Origin: an uncultured Chloroflexia bacterium
GTDB taxonomy: Bacteria > Chloroflexota > Limnocylindria > Limnocylindrales > CSP1-4
Length of the DNA: 64,000 bases
Direction: 5' to 3'
Assembly (NCBI GenBank): GCA_963716375.1
Contig: OY970306.1
Coordinates: 1,137,220-1,201,219, forward strand
Shown here: positions 29,599 to 38,889 of the stretch, piece after piece
Numbering within the stretch: position 1 is the stretch's first letter
How the letters are laid out: every line of letters starts with the position of its first letter
The notes under the pieces: generated by a model
What the model saw: only the letters and a program-made list of their open reading frames with translations
Databases searched by the model: none
What the model was told of the DNA's origin: nothing
Position numbers and translations under genes: made by a program

Positions 29599-29683
29599 GC
29601 CGCCAGCGTACGACGGCGGTGCCTCTGCTATCCTGTCGCCCGGCGCGGCCCCGGGCCGCCCCCGACCGCCTCGCGGTCCTCGC

Positions 29684-29758
29684 TCCGGCGTAGCTCAGTG
29701 GTAGAGCGGGCGGCTGTTAACCGCTTGGTCGTAGGTTCGAGTCCTACCGCCGGAGCCA
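29684..29758 (+). tRNA. tRNA-Asn (anticodon GTT)
   Basis: Cloverleaf: TCCGGCG/CGCCGGA acceptor, GCTC/GAGC D arm, GGCGG-CTGTTAA-CCGCT anticodon arm, GTAGG-TTCGAGT-CCTAC T arm, encoded CCA. Confidence 0.98.
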
Positions 29759-30004
29759 CTTTCCCGAACGGGGGACGAACGGCTTGCCTTCGAACGGGCC
29801 TTCGGCGAGGCGGAGGAAGCCGAAGAACGCGATGGCGTCCGGCGGCGTGGGCGCAAGGTCCGCGCGTTTGGCATCGAGGCGCACACCGCGTTCAGCGCCG
29901 TGCCGAAGATCGTCGAGGTGACGCTGGCACGCGAGGCGGACGTACCGGTTGACGACGGTCTCGCCTGCTAGGACGGAGCGCGCGTAGGCGGCGACTGGGT
30001 CGGG
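29759..30004 (-). pseudogene. N-terminal fragment of phage terminase large subunit
   Basis: Not in the ORF track. Minus frame from 30001 reads DPVAAYARSVLAGETVVNRYVRLACQRHLDDL...AIAFFGFLRLAEGPFEGKPFVP, like HK97-type TerL N-termini, then runs into the tRNA. Confidence 0.75.
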
Positions 30005-30109
30005 CGGGGAGCCGTCGCGACCGGCTCCGCCGCTCTGACTCGGGCGAGTACCGACCCTGCCCGTCCGCTCACTCGCACTCGCGGACGGAGGGTGAGCAGG
30101 CCCACGACG

Positions 30110-30596
30110 TCAGCCCGTGCCGTCCAGGAAGTCGGCAAACGCATCGCGCTGCTCGCGCGGCTGTCCCGTCATCCCGGCGCGCGTCGATGGCGTGAGCCCG
30201 AGCTCGCGGGCGAACGCGCGCAGCAGATCTGCGTTGTCGCGGACGATCTGGTGAAGCGGGTTCTTGACGAGCTCGCCCTTCTGGCCGCGGACGAGCGGGC
30301 CCGACTGGTCGAGCATCCGCGCGGCGAACTTGTACCGCGCCGCTGCCTCGCAGTACGCCCGCTGCCTCGCAGTACGCCCGCAGGACCTCCGTGTCGGCGG
30401 CGGTGATGACGCCCGTCGCGCCGATGTCGCGCATCACCCTCCGCCACACCTGCGCCGCGGCCGTCGTGAGGTCGGCCGGCATCTTCGGGCGGTTGCTCGT
30501 AGGTCGCGGCTCGGCGCGGTTGAGGCGCGAGGGCCGTGTGTCGCCGCGCAGGACCTTGAGTCTCGTCGGGGTTCGCACGGGGCCGCGCGCGCCCAT
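30110..30596 (-). pseudogene. Phage terminase small subunit, P27 family, frameshifted by a 19-bp duplication
   Basis: MGARGPVRTPTRLKVLRG..LRAYCEA + KNPLHQIVRDNADLLRAFARELGLTPSTR; tandem CGCTGCCTCGCAGTACGCC at 30341-59 and 30360-78. Confidence 0.88.
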
Positions 30597-30749
30597 CAGC
30601 GTTGTCCTCGGCCGCGTCCTGCCCGCGGGCGGCAAGGTGCGCAGGTCACGGGCCATCCCACGGCACCGGCCGACGAGGCGGTCGCGCGTCGCACCCACAA
30701 GACTGATCGGGAACGTGCCATCCTGCACAGGCGAGAGGAGGGGTAGCGG

Positions 30750-31190
30750 ATGGCAGCCCCCACGAACGAGGAGCTCCTGCGTCGCTGGGCCGACGCGATC
30801 GCTGCTCAGGACGACGACGCGCTCGGTGCGCTGCGCCATCGCGACTGGACGATGGACTATCCCCAGTCCGGCGAACGCCTGCGCGGGCACGCGAACGATC
30901 GAGCGATGCTCGACAACTGGCCGGGCGGCCGACCGAGCGCTCAGCCACAGCGCGTCGTCGGCGCGGAAGACCGATGGGTTGTGACGCCGATGTTCACGGT
31001 CACCCGGGTCGTTGGCTCGGGCGACTTCTGGTGGGCCGACGGGACCCTGGCGTATCCGGATGGCTCGCGCTGGCTCTTCGCGGCGATGTTCGAGCTCCGC
31101 GACGGGAAGGTCCTGCGGGAAACGTGGTACTTCGCAGCGCCGTTCGAGGCGCCGGCATGGCGAGCGCAGTGGGTCGAGGCCATCAGCTGA
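30750..31190 (+). CDS. SnoaL-like / NTF2 family protein
   Basis: DYPQSGERLRG..N..AM, FELRDGKVLRETWYFAAPFEAPAWRAQWVE; GGAGG RBS. Confidence 0.9.
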   Translation: MAAPTNEELLRRWADAIAAQDDDALGALRHRDWTMDYPQSGERLRGHANDRAMLDNWPGGRPSAQPQRVVGAEDRWVVTPMFTVTRVVGSGDFWWADGTLAYPDGSRWLFAAMFELRDGKVLRETWYFAAPFEAPAWRAQWVEAIS

Positions 31191-31910
31191 CGCCCGTTGG
31201 CCGATTCGTTCGACCGCCGGCGCGCTCCGCCGTCTTGCCGCTGAAGCGCTGCCAGCGCTCGATGATCAGCGCGCAGTACTTGGGATCGATTTCGAGGCCG
31301 TAGCAGCGCCGGCCGAGGCGTCTCGGCGGCGATCGAGCGTCGTGCCCGAGCCCGAGGAACGGGTCGTAGACCGCCTCGCCCGCCTCCGGGTGGTTGCGGA
31401 TCGGGATCTCGGAGAGGAGCGACCGGCTTCTGGGCCGGGTGGTCGAACTTCTCCTCGTCGGAGCCGCCCATGATCATCTTCGGGCTCGGTGCCCGCCAGA
31501 CCGTCGATTGGTCGCGATCGCCGTGGAACAGGTTGGGGACGCCCGGCTTGCGGACCACCCAGCAGGGCTCGTGGCCCCAGTGATACCAGCCGCGGCTCAT
31601 CGCGAAGAGGCCCTTGTCCCAGATCACCTGGGAGGCGATCTCGAAGCCGATCCGCAGGAGGCCCGCGGCCACCTCGGCGGCGTGGACGCCGGCGTGCCAG
31701 ACGTAGCCGACCTCGAGCGAGGGGACGAGGGCGAAGGCGTCGGACCAGTCGACCCGGGTGTCGCCCGAGAGCGTCGTGTTCTGGTGGCCCTCGGTCCGGA
31801 CGTGCTCGACCATGTACGGCTTCTCGGCTGGTCCCAGGCCGTTGTACAGGTGGTCGCGCCACGTCGGATCGAGACTCACGCCGTACGGCGGATCCGTCGC
31901 CAGGAGCCGA
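31183..31910 (-). pseudogene. Phage-type N6/N4 DNA methyltransferase, 5'-truncated, with several frameshifts
   Basis: LLATDPPYGV (motif IV), IWDK, HEPCW, HPAQKPV, then YDPFLG/SGTTL/IAAE and YGLEIDPKYC recovered by removing single bases between 31320 and 31420. Confidence 0.88.
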
Positions 31911-32348
31911 ATGCGTTCTGGCGATGCCCAGGCGCTCGGCGGCCACTACGCCATGGAGCTGCTCCTGCCAACCGATTTTGGATGGACCGATGTCCCAGAC
32001 CTCCGCAAGCATCGAGCCATCCGTGACTACCGCACCATCGTGCGCGAGATCGAGGCAGAGGCCGTCCGATCTGGCCGGTCCCCAGTCGATGTTGATGACC
32101 GGATTCGCCGCGAGTACGACCAGCGACTAGCAAAGGCCGCGGCCAAGGGCTTGCCATTTGCCGGGCGAATTGCGCTGCAGGGCATCGGATTCGTCGTTGG
32201 TGCCGCGGCGGACACGACTGCGCCGATTGTCGGGGGAGCGGTCGCGGCCGCGGGGACGTTCGCCGCGGGCGAGGCTATATCACGCGCGATGCGACCGCGG
32301 TGGCTAGCCGTGGATCGACGGCTGCGAGGCGCAAGAAACGGGCTGTAG
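31911..32348 (+). pseudogene. Probable C-terminal fragment of a hypothetical protein
   Basis: Protein-like frame (WTDVPDLRKHRAIRDYR..., hydrophobic Gly/Ala tail) that abuts the truncated methyltransferase, with no clear RBS. Confidence 0.4.
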
Positions 32349-32780
32349 TGGCGGCGACGACTGGCGGTTACCGACTGGTGTCGCGGGCCGATATTTTCCG
32401 CGAAACTCGGCCGCGCACGAGCGCGGCTGCCATGCGGTCCTTGCCGTTGCGTCGCCCGCCAGGGATCCGATCCCCCTACCGGCCTCGTCTCCGACGCGGG
32501 TGACGCTGGTGACGCTCGCTTGCACTACTTGCGCGTCTGTCTGCCCGACGCCGCGCGCTGAGTTGCGGTGGCCGCCGCTCGCTCGAAGGTTGGACGGGTC
32601 AGCAGTGCCGACTCTCCTCCGTGGCACGACGTGATCAGCGGTCGTGGCAGACACCTTGCAGCCATTTAGGCGAAGCTGGCAGCGCCCGCCATCGCGCTCG
32701 ATCACGAAGCGCTTGGCTCGCTCGGATTCGGCGTCGAGGCCCCGCGCAGTACGGTGCATCCTGCCGGCGTGCGCAAGCAA
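32304..32780 (-). pseudogene. Degenerate phage HNH endonuclease (gp74-like) 1
   Basis: VIERDGGRCQLRLNGCKVSATTADHVVPR..DPSNLRAS; the expected CxxCN appears as SGGHRN. Confidence 0.75.
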
Positions 32781-32981
32781 GCCACCGGCAACGACGATCC
32801 GGGGCCCAAGGCATCGTTCAGTTCGCGTGGAGCTGGTTCACAGGTTGAATCGTCGGGGCGATCGGCGATTCAGTCTATTGGCCTTCGGTGCGACACCTGC
32901 GGGCCAAGGGACCGACCAAGATCCGTACAAGAGCCTGGACGGATCAACTCCATCGGAAAGGACCGGGATGGCTAAAAACCC

Positions 32982-33962
32982 ATGAAAGCAATCGTGTGTA
33001 CGGATTACGGTTCACCGGATGTTCTTCAACTCAGGAACGTGCCGAAGCCCGTTCCGAAGGACAACGAAGTGCTGGTTCGAATCCGCGCCACGACCGTCAG
33101 CGCGGCCGACTGCGAGCTTCGGCGGTTCGATTTCGCCCCGTGGATCTGGGTGCCGATGCGCCTGGCGTTCGGCATCCACCGGCCACGACGAGGCGTGCTC
33201 GGGCAGGACCTTGCCGGTGACGTCGAGTCGGTGGGCAGCGATGTCCGGTCGTTCCGGAAGGGCGACCGGGTGTTCGCGACGACGGGCATCGGGCTGGGTG
33301 CCTATGCGGAGTACATCTGCCTCCGCGAGAAGGCCCCGACCGGTGCGATCGCGACGATGCCGGCGAACCTCGGCTACGAAGACGCTGCTGCCGTGCCCTA
33401 CGGGGGAGGCGAGGCGCTGGGCTTCCTGCGGAAGGCGAACATCCGCAGCGGACAGAGGGTCCTGATCAACGGAGCCGGAGGCAGCTTCGGCACCTTCGCC
33501 GTCCAGCTCGCCAAGATCCTGGGCGCTCACGTGACTGCGGTGGACAGCGCGCCGAAGCTGGAGATGCTGCGCGAGATCGGTGCAGACCGCGTCATCGACT
33601 ACGCCACGGAGGACTTCACCCAGAGCACTGAGACCTACGACGTCATCTTCGACGTCGTCCGCAACACACCGTCCGGTCGCATGGTGAGGTTGCTGACCGA
33701 CAACGGATGCCTCCTGATGGCTAATCCGGGCTTCCTGCAGATCGTTCGCGCCAGATGGGCGGCGAGAGGGAGCAAGAAGCGGGTGTCCTTCGCGGCGTCG
33801 GGTCCAACGAGCGAGGACTTGGCCTACCTCCGGGGCCTGGTCGAAGCGGGACGGCTGCACCCGGTCATCGGCCGGCGCTTCCCGCTCGAACAGATGGTCG
33901 AGGCTCACCGGTACGCGGAAACCGGCCAGAAGCTGGGGAATGTGGTTGTCGTCGTCGCTTGA
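32982..33962 (+). CDS. NAD(P)-dependent MDR-family oxidoreductase
   Basis: MKAIV..YGSPDVL, GAYAEY, VLINGAGGSFGTFAVQLAK, GADRVIDY, EAHRYAETG. Confidence 0.92.
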   Translation: MKAIVCTDYGSPDVLQLRNVPKPVPKDNEVLVRIRATTVSAADCELRRFDFAPWIWVPMRLAFGIHRPRRGVLGQDLAGDVESVGSDVRSFRKGDRVFATTGIGLGAYAEYICLREKAPTGAIATMPANLGYEDAAAVPYGGGEALGFLRKANIRSGQRVLINGAGGSFGTFAVQLAKILGAHVTAVDSAPKLEMLREIGADRVIDYATEDFTQSTETYDVIFDVVRNTPSGRMVRLLTDNGCLLMANPGFLQIVRARWAARGSKKRVSFAASGPTSEDLAYLRGLVEAGRLHPVIGRRFPLEQMVEAHRYAETGQKLGNVVVVVA

Positions 33963-33999
33963 GTTGCATCTGGCCCGAAGGCGTGCTCGATCTTCGAAT

Positions 34000-34395
34000 T
34001 CAATGGTCCCGGCGACCGCCTACGGATAACGACGTCCACGCATACCACGCCGCGGCGGCGTTCCACCCCAGCCCGACGACGATCAGGAACTTGTCGTACA
34101 GCCCGGCGTACGTCGGCAAGCCGACGGCGTTGAAGGCGAATAGACCGACCGCGGCGATGACGCTGATCCGGCGAAGCGTCTGTCCGGTCAGCGTCACGGA
34201 TGCGACGACCATGACAATCGGAATCAGCATCAGGACGGCGACTCCCAACAACGCCGCCGGGAGCATCTCCTGGGACAACCCTCCGAACTCGCCCGGGGAG
34301 ACGTCGCCGCTCCAGAACCGCAGGACGTCTCCCAGCAAGTAAGTGAGCATCAGGGCCACCCATATGGCGGACAACCTGACCTGTACCTTCGGCAC
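34000..34395 (-). CDS. Small membrane protein (DUF6326-like)
   Basis: RLSAIWVALMLTYLLGDVLRF followed by further hydrophobic helices. Confidence 0.7.
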   Translation of the reverse strand: MPKVQVRLSAIWVALMLTYLLGDVLRFWSGDVSPGEFGGLSQEMLPAALLGVAVLMLIPIVMVVASVTLTGQTLRRISVIAAVGLFAFNAVGLPTYAGLYDKFLIVVGLGWNAAAAWYAWTSLSVGGRRDH

Positions 34396-34475
34396 GCCCC
34401 ACCTCTTCGACGCTGGATCGATCTCCGCGCCGTTCGACTCTTAAAGCGAACTCGTCCCCTACGTGGCGACCCTCT

Positions 34476-35457
34476 TCAGGAAGTCGCCGGGTCGACCGCA
34501 ATGACGACGGTTCCTCGCGCGTGCCCTGCCGCGACATGTCCAATCGCCCTGGGCGTCTCGCGCAGCGGGTAGGTGCCGTCGATCACCGGCGTGACCTTCC
34601 CGGCTTCGATGAGCTCCTTGAGGACCAGCAGGTCGGCCCGGTTTTCGGACTTGGGGGCGGGCTTGCCCTGCTGGCGCACGAACATCGACACGATCGCGAG
34701 CCGGATCACGCGGCCGAGCGCGCCGCCGGCGTGTCCTCCCCCGTTGGAGAGCAGCAACCCCTTGGGTGCCAACGCTCGCCGCGTCGCCCCCATGGAGTGG
34801 TCGCCCACGTTGTCGAGGATGAGGTCGTAGCGCGGTCCACCCTTCCGGAAATCCTCCTTGGTGTAGTCAATCACGTGATCGGCGCCGATCGAGCGGACCA
34901 GGTCCAGGTTCTTCGTACTGGTCACGCCGGTCACCTCGGCACCGAACGCCTTGGCGATCTGCACCGCGAACGTGCCGACGCCCCCGGACGCTCCGTTGAT
35001 CAGGACCTTCTGACCGGGCTGGAGATGCCCGTTATCGCGCAGGAGCTGGAGGGCGGTGGTCGCAGACACTCCGACGGCTGCAGCCTGCTCGAAGGTGAGG
35101 TTGGCCGGCTTCTGCACGAAGTGGTCCTCGCTCGGCTGACACGTACTCGGCGAAAGCGCCGGTGCACCAGCCAAACACGTCCTCGCCGGGGCGTAGCTCC
35201 TTCACGTCCTTGCCGACCGCCTCCACCGTCCCCGCGATGTCCGTCCCCGGAACGCGGTTCTTCGGCTTGCGCAGCCCAGTCGCCATCCGCATCAGGAATG
35301 GCGACCCCGTCATGACGATCACATCACCGACGTGGGCCGACGCTGCGTGGACGCGGACCAGGACATCACTCTCACCGATCTGGGGCTTCTCGATGTCCGC
35401 GGCCTCGAGGACCTCGGCCGGGCCATACTGATCTTGGACGATTGCCTTCATCGCCAC
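34476..35457 (-). pseudogene. Second MDR-family oxidoreductase, one frameshift near 35130
   Basis: ORF 35032-35457 (MKAIVQDQYGP..GAFAEYV) continues as EDHFVQKPANLTFEQAAA..INGASGGVGTFAVQIAK in the next frame. Confidence 0.88.
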
Positions 35458-35573
35458 GCCTCTCGATCCAGCCGCGTCGCGCGAGCGACGCGGCTACTCT
35501 CATTCGATTAAATCTTTGAGGGCGTGCTCCGAAGGAGCAAGTGCTGGACAGCCTGAAATCGTCATACCGAAGA

Positions 35574-35889
35574 TCACGCAGGGTCTGGCTGCCCGGTTAT
35601 GAGGGAGTGGATTGACGCGCGATACGCAACGATGTCCGTAATCCGGGGGTCCAGGGTCGGCACGACGAGCCACCCCGCCGCGCAACCGGCGTAGATCAAC
35701 TGCTCCGTCGTCAGGCCCGACCTGGCCCGCAGATCGGCGAGGTGTCGTTTGACAGTTCCGGGGCGAAGGTCGACAAGCGCGGCCGCTTCGGCGACCGATC
35801 CGCCCGCCCTTGACGTAGGCTGTCAGCGCGTCAACCTGACGCCGCGTCGCTCCGCGCCTGATGGCGCCGCGCAACTTCTGGTCGCTCAT
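35574..35889 (-). pseudogene. Small LuxR-like HTH protein, frameshift near 35808
   Basis: ATRRQVDALTAYVK joined to AGGSVAEAAALVDLRPGTVKRHLADLRARSGLTTEQLIY after removing one G. Confidence 0.65.
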
Positions 35890-35919
35890 GCCGATCGCGT
35901 GAACGCCGCAGCGAGCCAC

Positions 35920-36312
35920 TCATCGCGGCCTTCGATCGGGATTCGGTAGGTTGTAATCCCGCGTCTGACTCCTGTCGGGCGCGCCATCAAGAGGCCGCGT
36001 TGCCGGGCTGGCCGCGCGCGCCCCGCGCGAGTAGTTGCAGCGGGCGCAGGCCGGCACGAGGTCGGCGAGCGTGCCGCCCTGGCTGAACGGCACGGCGTAG
36101 TCCGCCGTCGTCGCGGGGGCACCACACCAGCGGCAGGGCAGTCCCAACAGCGTGGCGCGGACCCTGTCGTACTCGGCACGGTGACCGCGGCCTTGCCGAG
36201 GAATGCCGCGGTGGTTGCGCGGCGAGACTCGGTAGTGGTTGGCGCAGCGCGGCCCGGGTTGGCGCTCTCGGCAACCGGGCTCGAGGCAGACGCGGAGCGG
36301 CGCGATCGGCAC
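35920..36312 (-). CDS. Phage HNH endonuclease-like protein 2
   Basis: CLEPGC..RCANH, CRWCGAPATTADY, LVPACARCNYSRG; the catalytic DH appears as DY. Confidence 0.8.
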   Translation of the reverse strand: MPIAPLRVCLEPGCRERQPGPRCANHYRVSPRNHRGIPRQGRGHRAEYDRVRATLLGLPCRWCGAPATTADYAVPFSQGGTLADLVPACARCNYSRGARAASPATRPLDGAPDRSQTRDYNLPNPDRRPR

Positions 36313-36518
36313 TACCGGCTGGCGCGAGTCTTCGCCGCTTCTCCCGCTGCGATCTGGATCGACGCCGTGTTCGCGATGAGCGCGACGATCGCCCTGGCGA
36401 GCACGTTGAGCCCGGCGATCTGGCCCGTGTCCAGATGGATGATCGCCAGGAGCTGCAGGGCGTTGATGAGCGCCGTCACGGCACCGAGGACCAGATTCGG
36501 ACTGCGGCCGAAGATCAC
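36312..36518 (-). CDS. Putative holin
   Basis: 68 aa, MIFGRSPNLVLG start, two hydrophobic segments, basic C-terminus, phage context. Confidence 0.65.
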   Translation of the reverse strand: MIFGRSPNLVLGAVTALINALQLLAIIHLDTGQIAGLNVLARAIVALIANTASIQIAAGEAAKTRASR

Positions 36519-37252
36519 AGTGCGTCTCCCTTCACGTCAGCGGTCGACCAGGCGTCGTGCAAGGCGGGAGTCAGGTAGCGCCACGGGAACCACGCGTTGC
36601 CGTTGATGCCCCAGGAGCGGGCCCAGCTGTTGCGGATCAGCGCGGATCCACCAGGGCCTACCGCGTCGTCGTAGCCGAAGACGTAGATCGCGTGGCCGCC
36701 CTCGACGATCCCCGATCGGAGCCGGCATGACGCCGTCCACCGGCCGGAACCAGGCGCGGTCGAATCGAATCGCGATCCAGACCGGGCCGAACTGGACGAG
36801 GGCACGCTTGATGGCGTCCTCGGTGAACGGCACGGCCCAGTACGAGGCGATCCGGAAGCGGGACTCACTGCCGTGCTGACCGGAGAGCGGCTGGCCTTCC
36901 TTCGCCAGCACCTGGAGGGCCGCCCGGATCGTCGTGCCGCGCTGCGGGCCAGGCGGCGTCGGGATGCCGTCGATCGCCTCGGCGTGCTCGTAGAGCCACT
37001 CCGGATCAAGGGGCGGCCAGCCCTCGGCCAGTCGCCGTCGGAGCGTTCCTGCTGCTGGCGCACGCCGGTGCCAGTGAACGCTACGCAACGGCCGGTGTTG
37101 CCCTGGTTGATGGGCGGTGCGAGCAGCTTGAGGCGGAACGCTGGCGGCAGGCAAGCGGCGGTGTCGAGATGGTCGGCCAGCATGAGGTCGCGCGGGTCTG
37201 GCGGACTCGGATGGGCGCCGAGCAGGTGCGGCCCAAGGACCAGACGAGCCAT
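36515..37252 (-). pseudogene. Papain-like C1 cysteine peptidase with two compensating frameshifts (~37022, ~36715)
   Basis: PDPRD, NQGNTGRCVAF (Gln/Cys), GTTIRAAL, FGPV, GGHAIYVFGYDD (His), IRNSWARSWGING (Asn). Confidence 0.85.
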
Positions 37253-37464
37253 CAGTGATGGCCAGCCCAGAACGCAACGATCGCGAGGACCGAGACGGCT
37301 GCCGAGAGGATCGACGCACCCATGGCGAGCTTGGTCAGGGCCATCGCGCCTCGGAGTTCGCTGCGCCATTCCAGGAGCGAGTCGAGCTTCTTGTCGTGGT
37401 CACGCAGCATCTCGGCCACGGTCAGGGCCGTGCCGCCTCCGCTGCCGACGTCAACGGGCGTCAC
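37252..37464 (-). CDS. Small coiled-coil plus C-terminal transmembrane phage protein
   Basis: LRDHDKKLDSLLEWRSEL followed by one hydrophobic helix; stop overlaps the peptidase start. Confidence 0.6.
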   Translation of the reverse strand: MTPVDVGSGGGTALTVAEMLRDHDKKLDSLLEWRSELRGAMALTKLAMGASILSAAVSVLAIVAFWAGHH

Positions 37465-37807
37465 GCTGGGAGGCCCGGCGGGCAGCCGGACACTGCGTGA
37501 GCCGTGCCTGGCTGCCGATCACCTACGCGCGAGCGAAGCCACATCGGCTCCGACGGTAGCTGCGAGGTTACCGCTCGCCTACTACCGCAAATCGTGGGCA
37601 CGGCTATCGCGTGCCCTTGCCCGGCATCCCCAACTCCCGCAGTCAAGCCATCAAGTCGCTTGAAGGTCGAGTGCGACTTCGCGGACCCGACAAGACGCCG
37701 AATGGCCCTCCGAAGTCGTGACCCCCGGCCGTGGGACGCCTCAGCCGGCGCTGAGATGCTCACCCTGCCCTGAATTGATCGGGCAGGAGCTTATCGGGAG
37801 TCGAGCC

Positions 37808-38011
37808 ATGTTGTGCCATGAGTGCGCCCGTGACGGTCTATCGCAGCCGGCCGTTGCGCACTGTCGCTTCTGCTTGGTGGGCCTGTGCAAGACGCACCTC
37901 GTCGCGGCCTTCCAGTCGGCGACGGTGCCGCAGTACGCCTGCGACCATCATCCGGAGTGGCCGTTCCCCGAGACCGTCCGGACGCCGAAACCCGTCCGGG
38001 TTGCCGCCTGA
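37808..38011 (+). CDS. Small Cys-rich zinc-finger protein (DUF2180-like)
   Basis: MLCHEC...AVAHCRFCLVGLCKTH; GGGAG RBS; coupled to arsR. Confidence 0.7.
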   Translation: MLCHECARDGLSQPAVAHCRFCLVGLCKTHLVAAFQSATVPQYACDHHPEWPFPETVRTPKPVRVAA

Positions 38012-38373
38012 TGGCCAGCGCGGCACCGCTGACCGGCACAGCGGTGCGGTCAGCCCTCCCAGTCGTCTGCGAACCCCGTCTCGATCTGGTGGCGCCCGAC
38101 GTCGCCGAGGCGGTTGCCGTCGCGGCGCTCTTGGCGGACCGGACACGTTCATCGATCCTGGCGATGCTGGCTGATGGTCCGACGTGTGTGTGCGAGCTGG
38201 CGCAGGCATTGGGCGAGCGCGAGAACAACGTCAGTAACCACCTCGCCCGGCTGCGCGAGGCAGGCCTCGTGCGGGCCAGTCGCCACGAGGCGAACGCACG
38301 CTTCCTCTACTACGAGCGCGAAGAGGCGGCGGTCGCTGCCGCGCTGGCCGCGCTGGCCGACGTCCTGCGATGA
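38011..38373 (+). CDS. arsR: ArsR family metalloregulator
   Basis: LADRTRSSILAML..TCVCELA..NVSNHLARLREAGLV; the CVC As(III)-type motif is present. Confidence 0.88.
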   Translation: MASAAPLTGTAVRSALPVVCEPRLDLVAPDVAEAVAVAALLADRTRSSILAMLADGPTCVCELAQALGERENNVSNHLARLREAGLVRASRHEANARFLYYEREEAAVAAALAALADVLR

Positions 38374-38864
38374 CGAACGGCGTCGCGTCGGCCTCGGCTG
38401 GCGCACGTGTCGGCCGTCGGAAGCGTGCGGCACAGCCGGTCTACCTGCTCGACGTCTCGGCCGGCCCGGGTCGCCGAACGACGGCCAGCGGTGCCCTCTG
38501 GACCGGCGTCCTCAACGCAACGCCCGACGACGACATCGACGGCCCTTCGCCGATCGAAGCCCTTCTCGCTGCGGTCGCCGCCTGCTTCGTCCGCAACCTT
38601 TGGTCAGTCGCCGAGAGCGCGCACATCGTCTTCGAGGGGGTCGAGCTGCGCCTTGCCGCCGATCGCTCTGACGACCCGCCTGCCGTCACGGCGATCCGGC
38701 TCGAGGCCGACCTTGCGACGGAGGCCCCGGTCGCGACGGCCACTCGCGTCGTGGGGCTCGCCCTGCGGTACGGCACGATCACCCGGACGGTGGCGCGCGG
38801 CGTGGCCTTCGACGCCCGGGTCCGCGTGAATGGAACTCCCATCGACTTGTCCGATGTCCGTTGA
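38370..38864 (+). CDS. OsmC-like protein
   Basis: [15 protein letters not shown] motif; RYGTITRT where the second Cys is usually found. Confidence 0.8.
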   Translation: MTNGVASASAGARVGRRKRAAQPVYLLDVSAGPGRRTTASGALWTGVLNATPDDDIDGPSPIEALLAAVAACFVRNLWSVAESAHIVFEGVELRLAADRSDDPPAVTAIRLEADLATEAPVATATRVVGLALRYGTITRTVARGVAFDARVRVNGTPIDLSDVR

Positions 38865-38889
38865 TCGGCGGACGAGAGAGGAAGCCCGA

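Noticed and set aside
30110-37464. Island lysis and packaging genes acting as the release system of the eCIS
   Set aside because: They lie over 10 kb away behind housekeeping genes, inside their own att-bounded element, and are degraded. Nothing in the sequence links them to the eCIS.
37740-37800. Riboswitch upstream of the ars cassette
   Set aside because: Only a short CTGCCC/GGGCAG stem is visible and it matches no riboswitch consensus I can support; it may be an operator.
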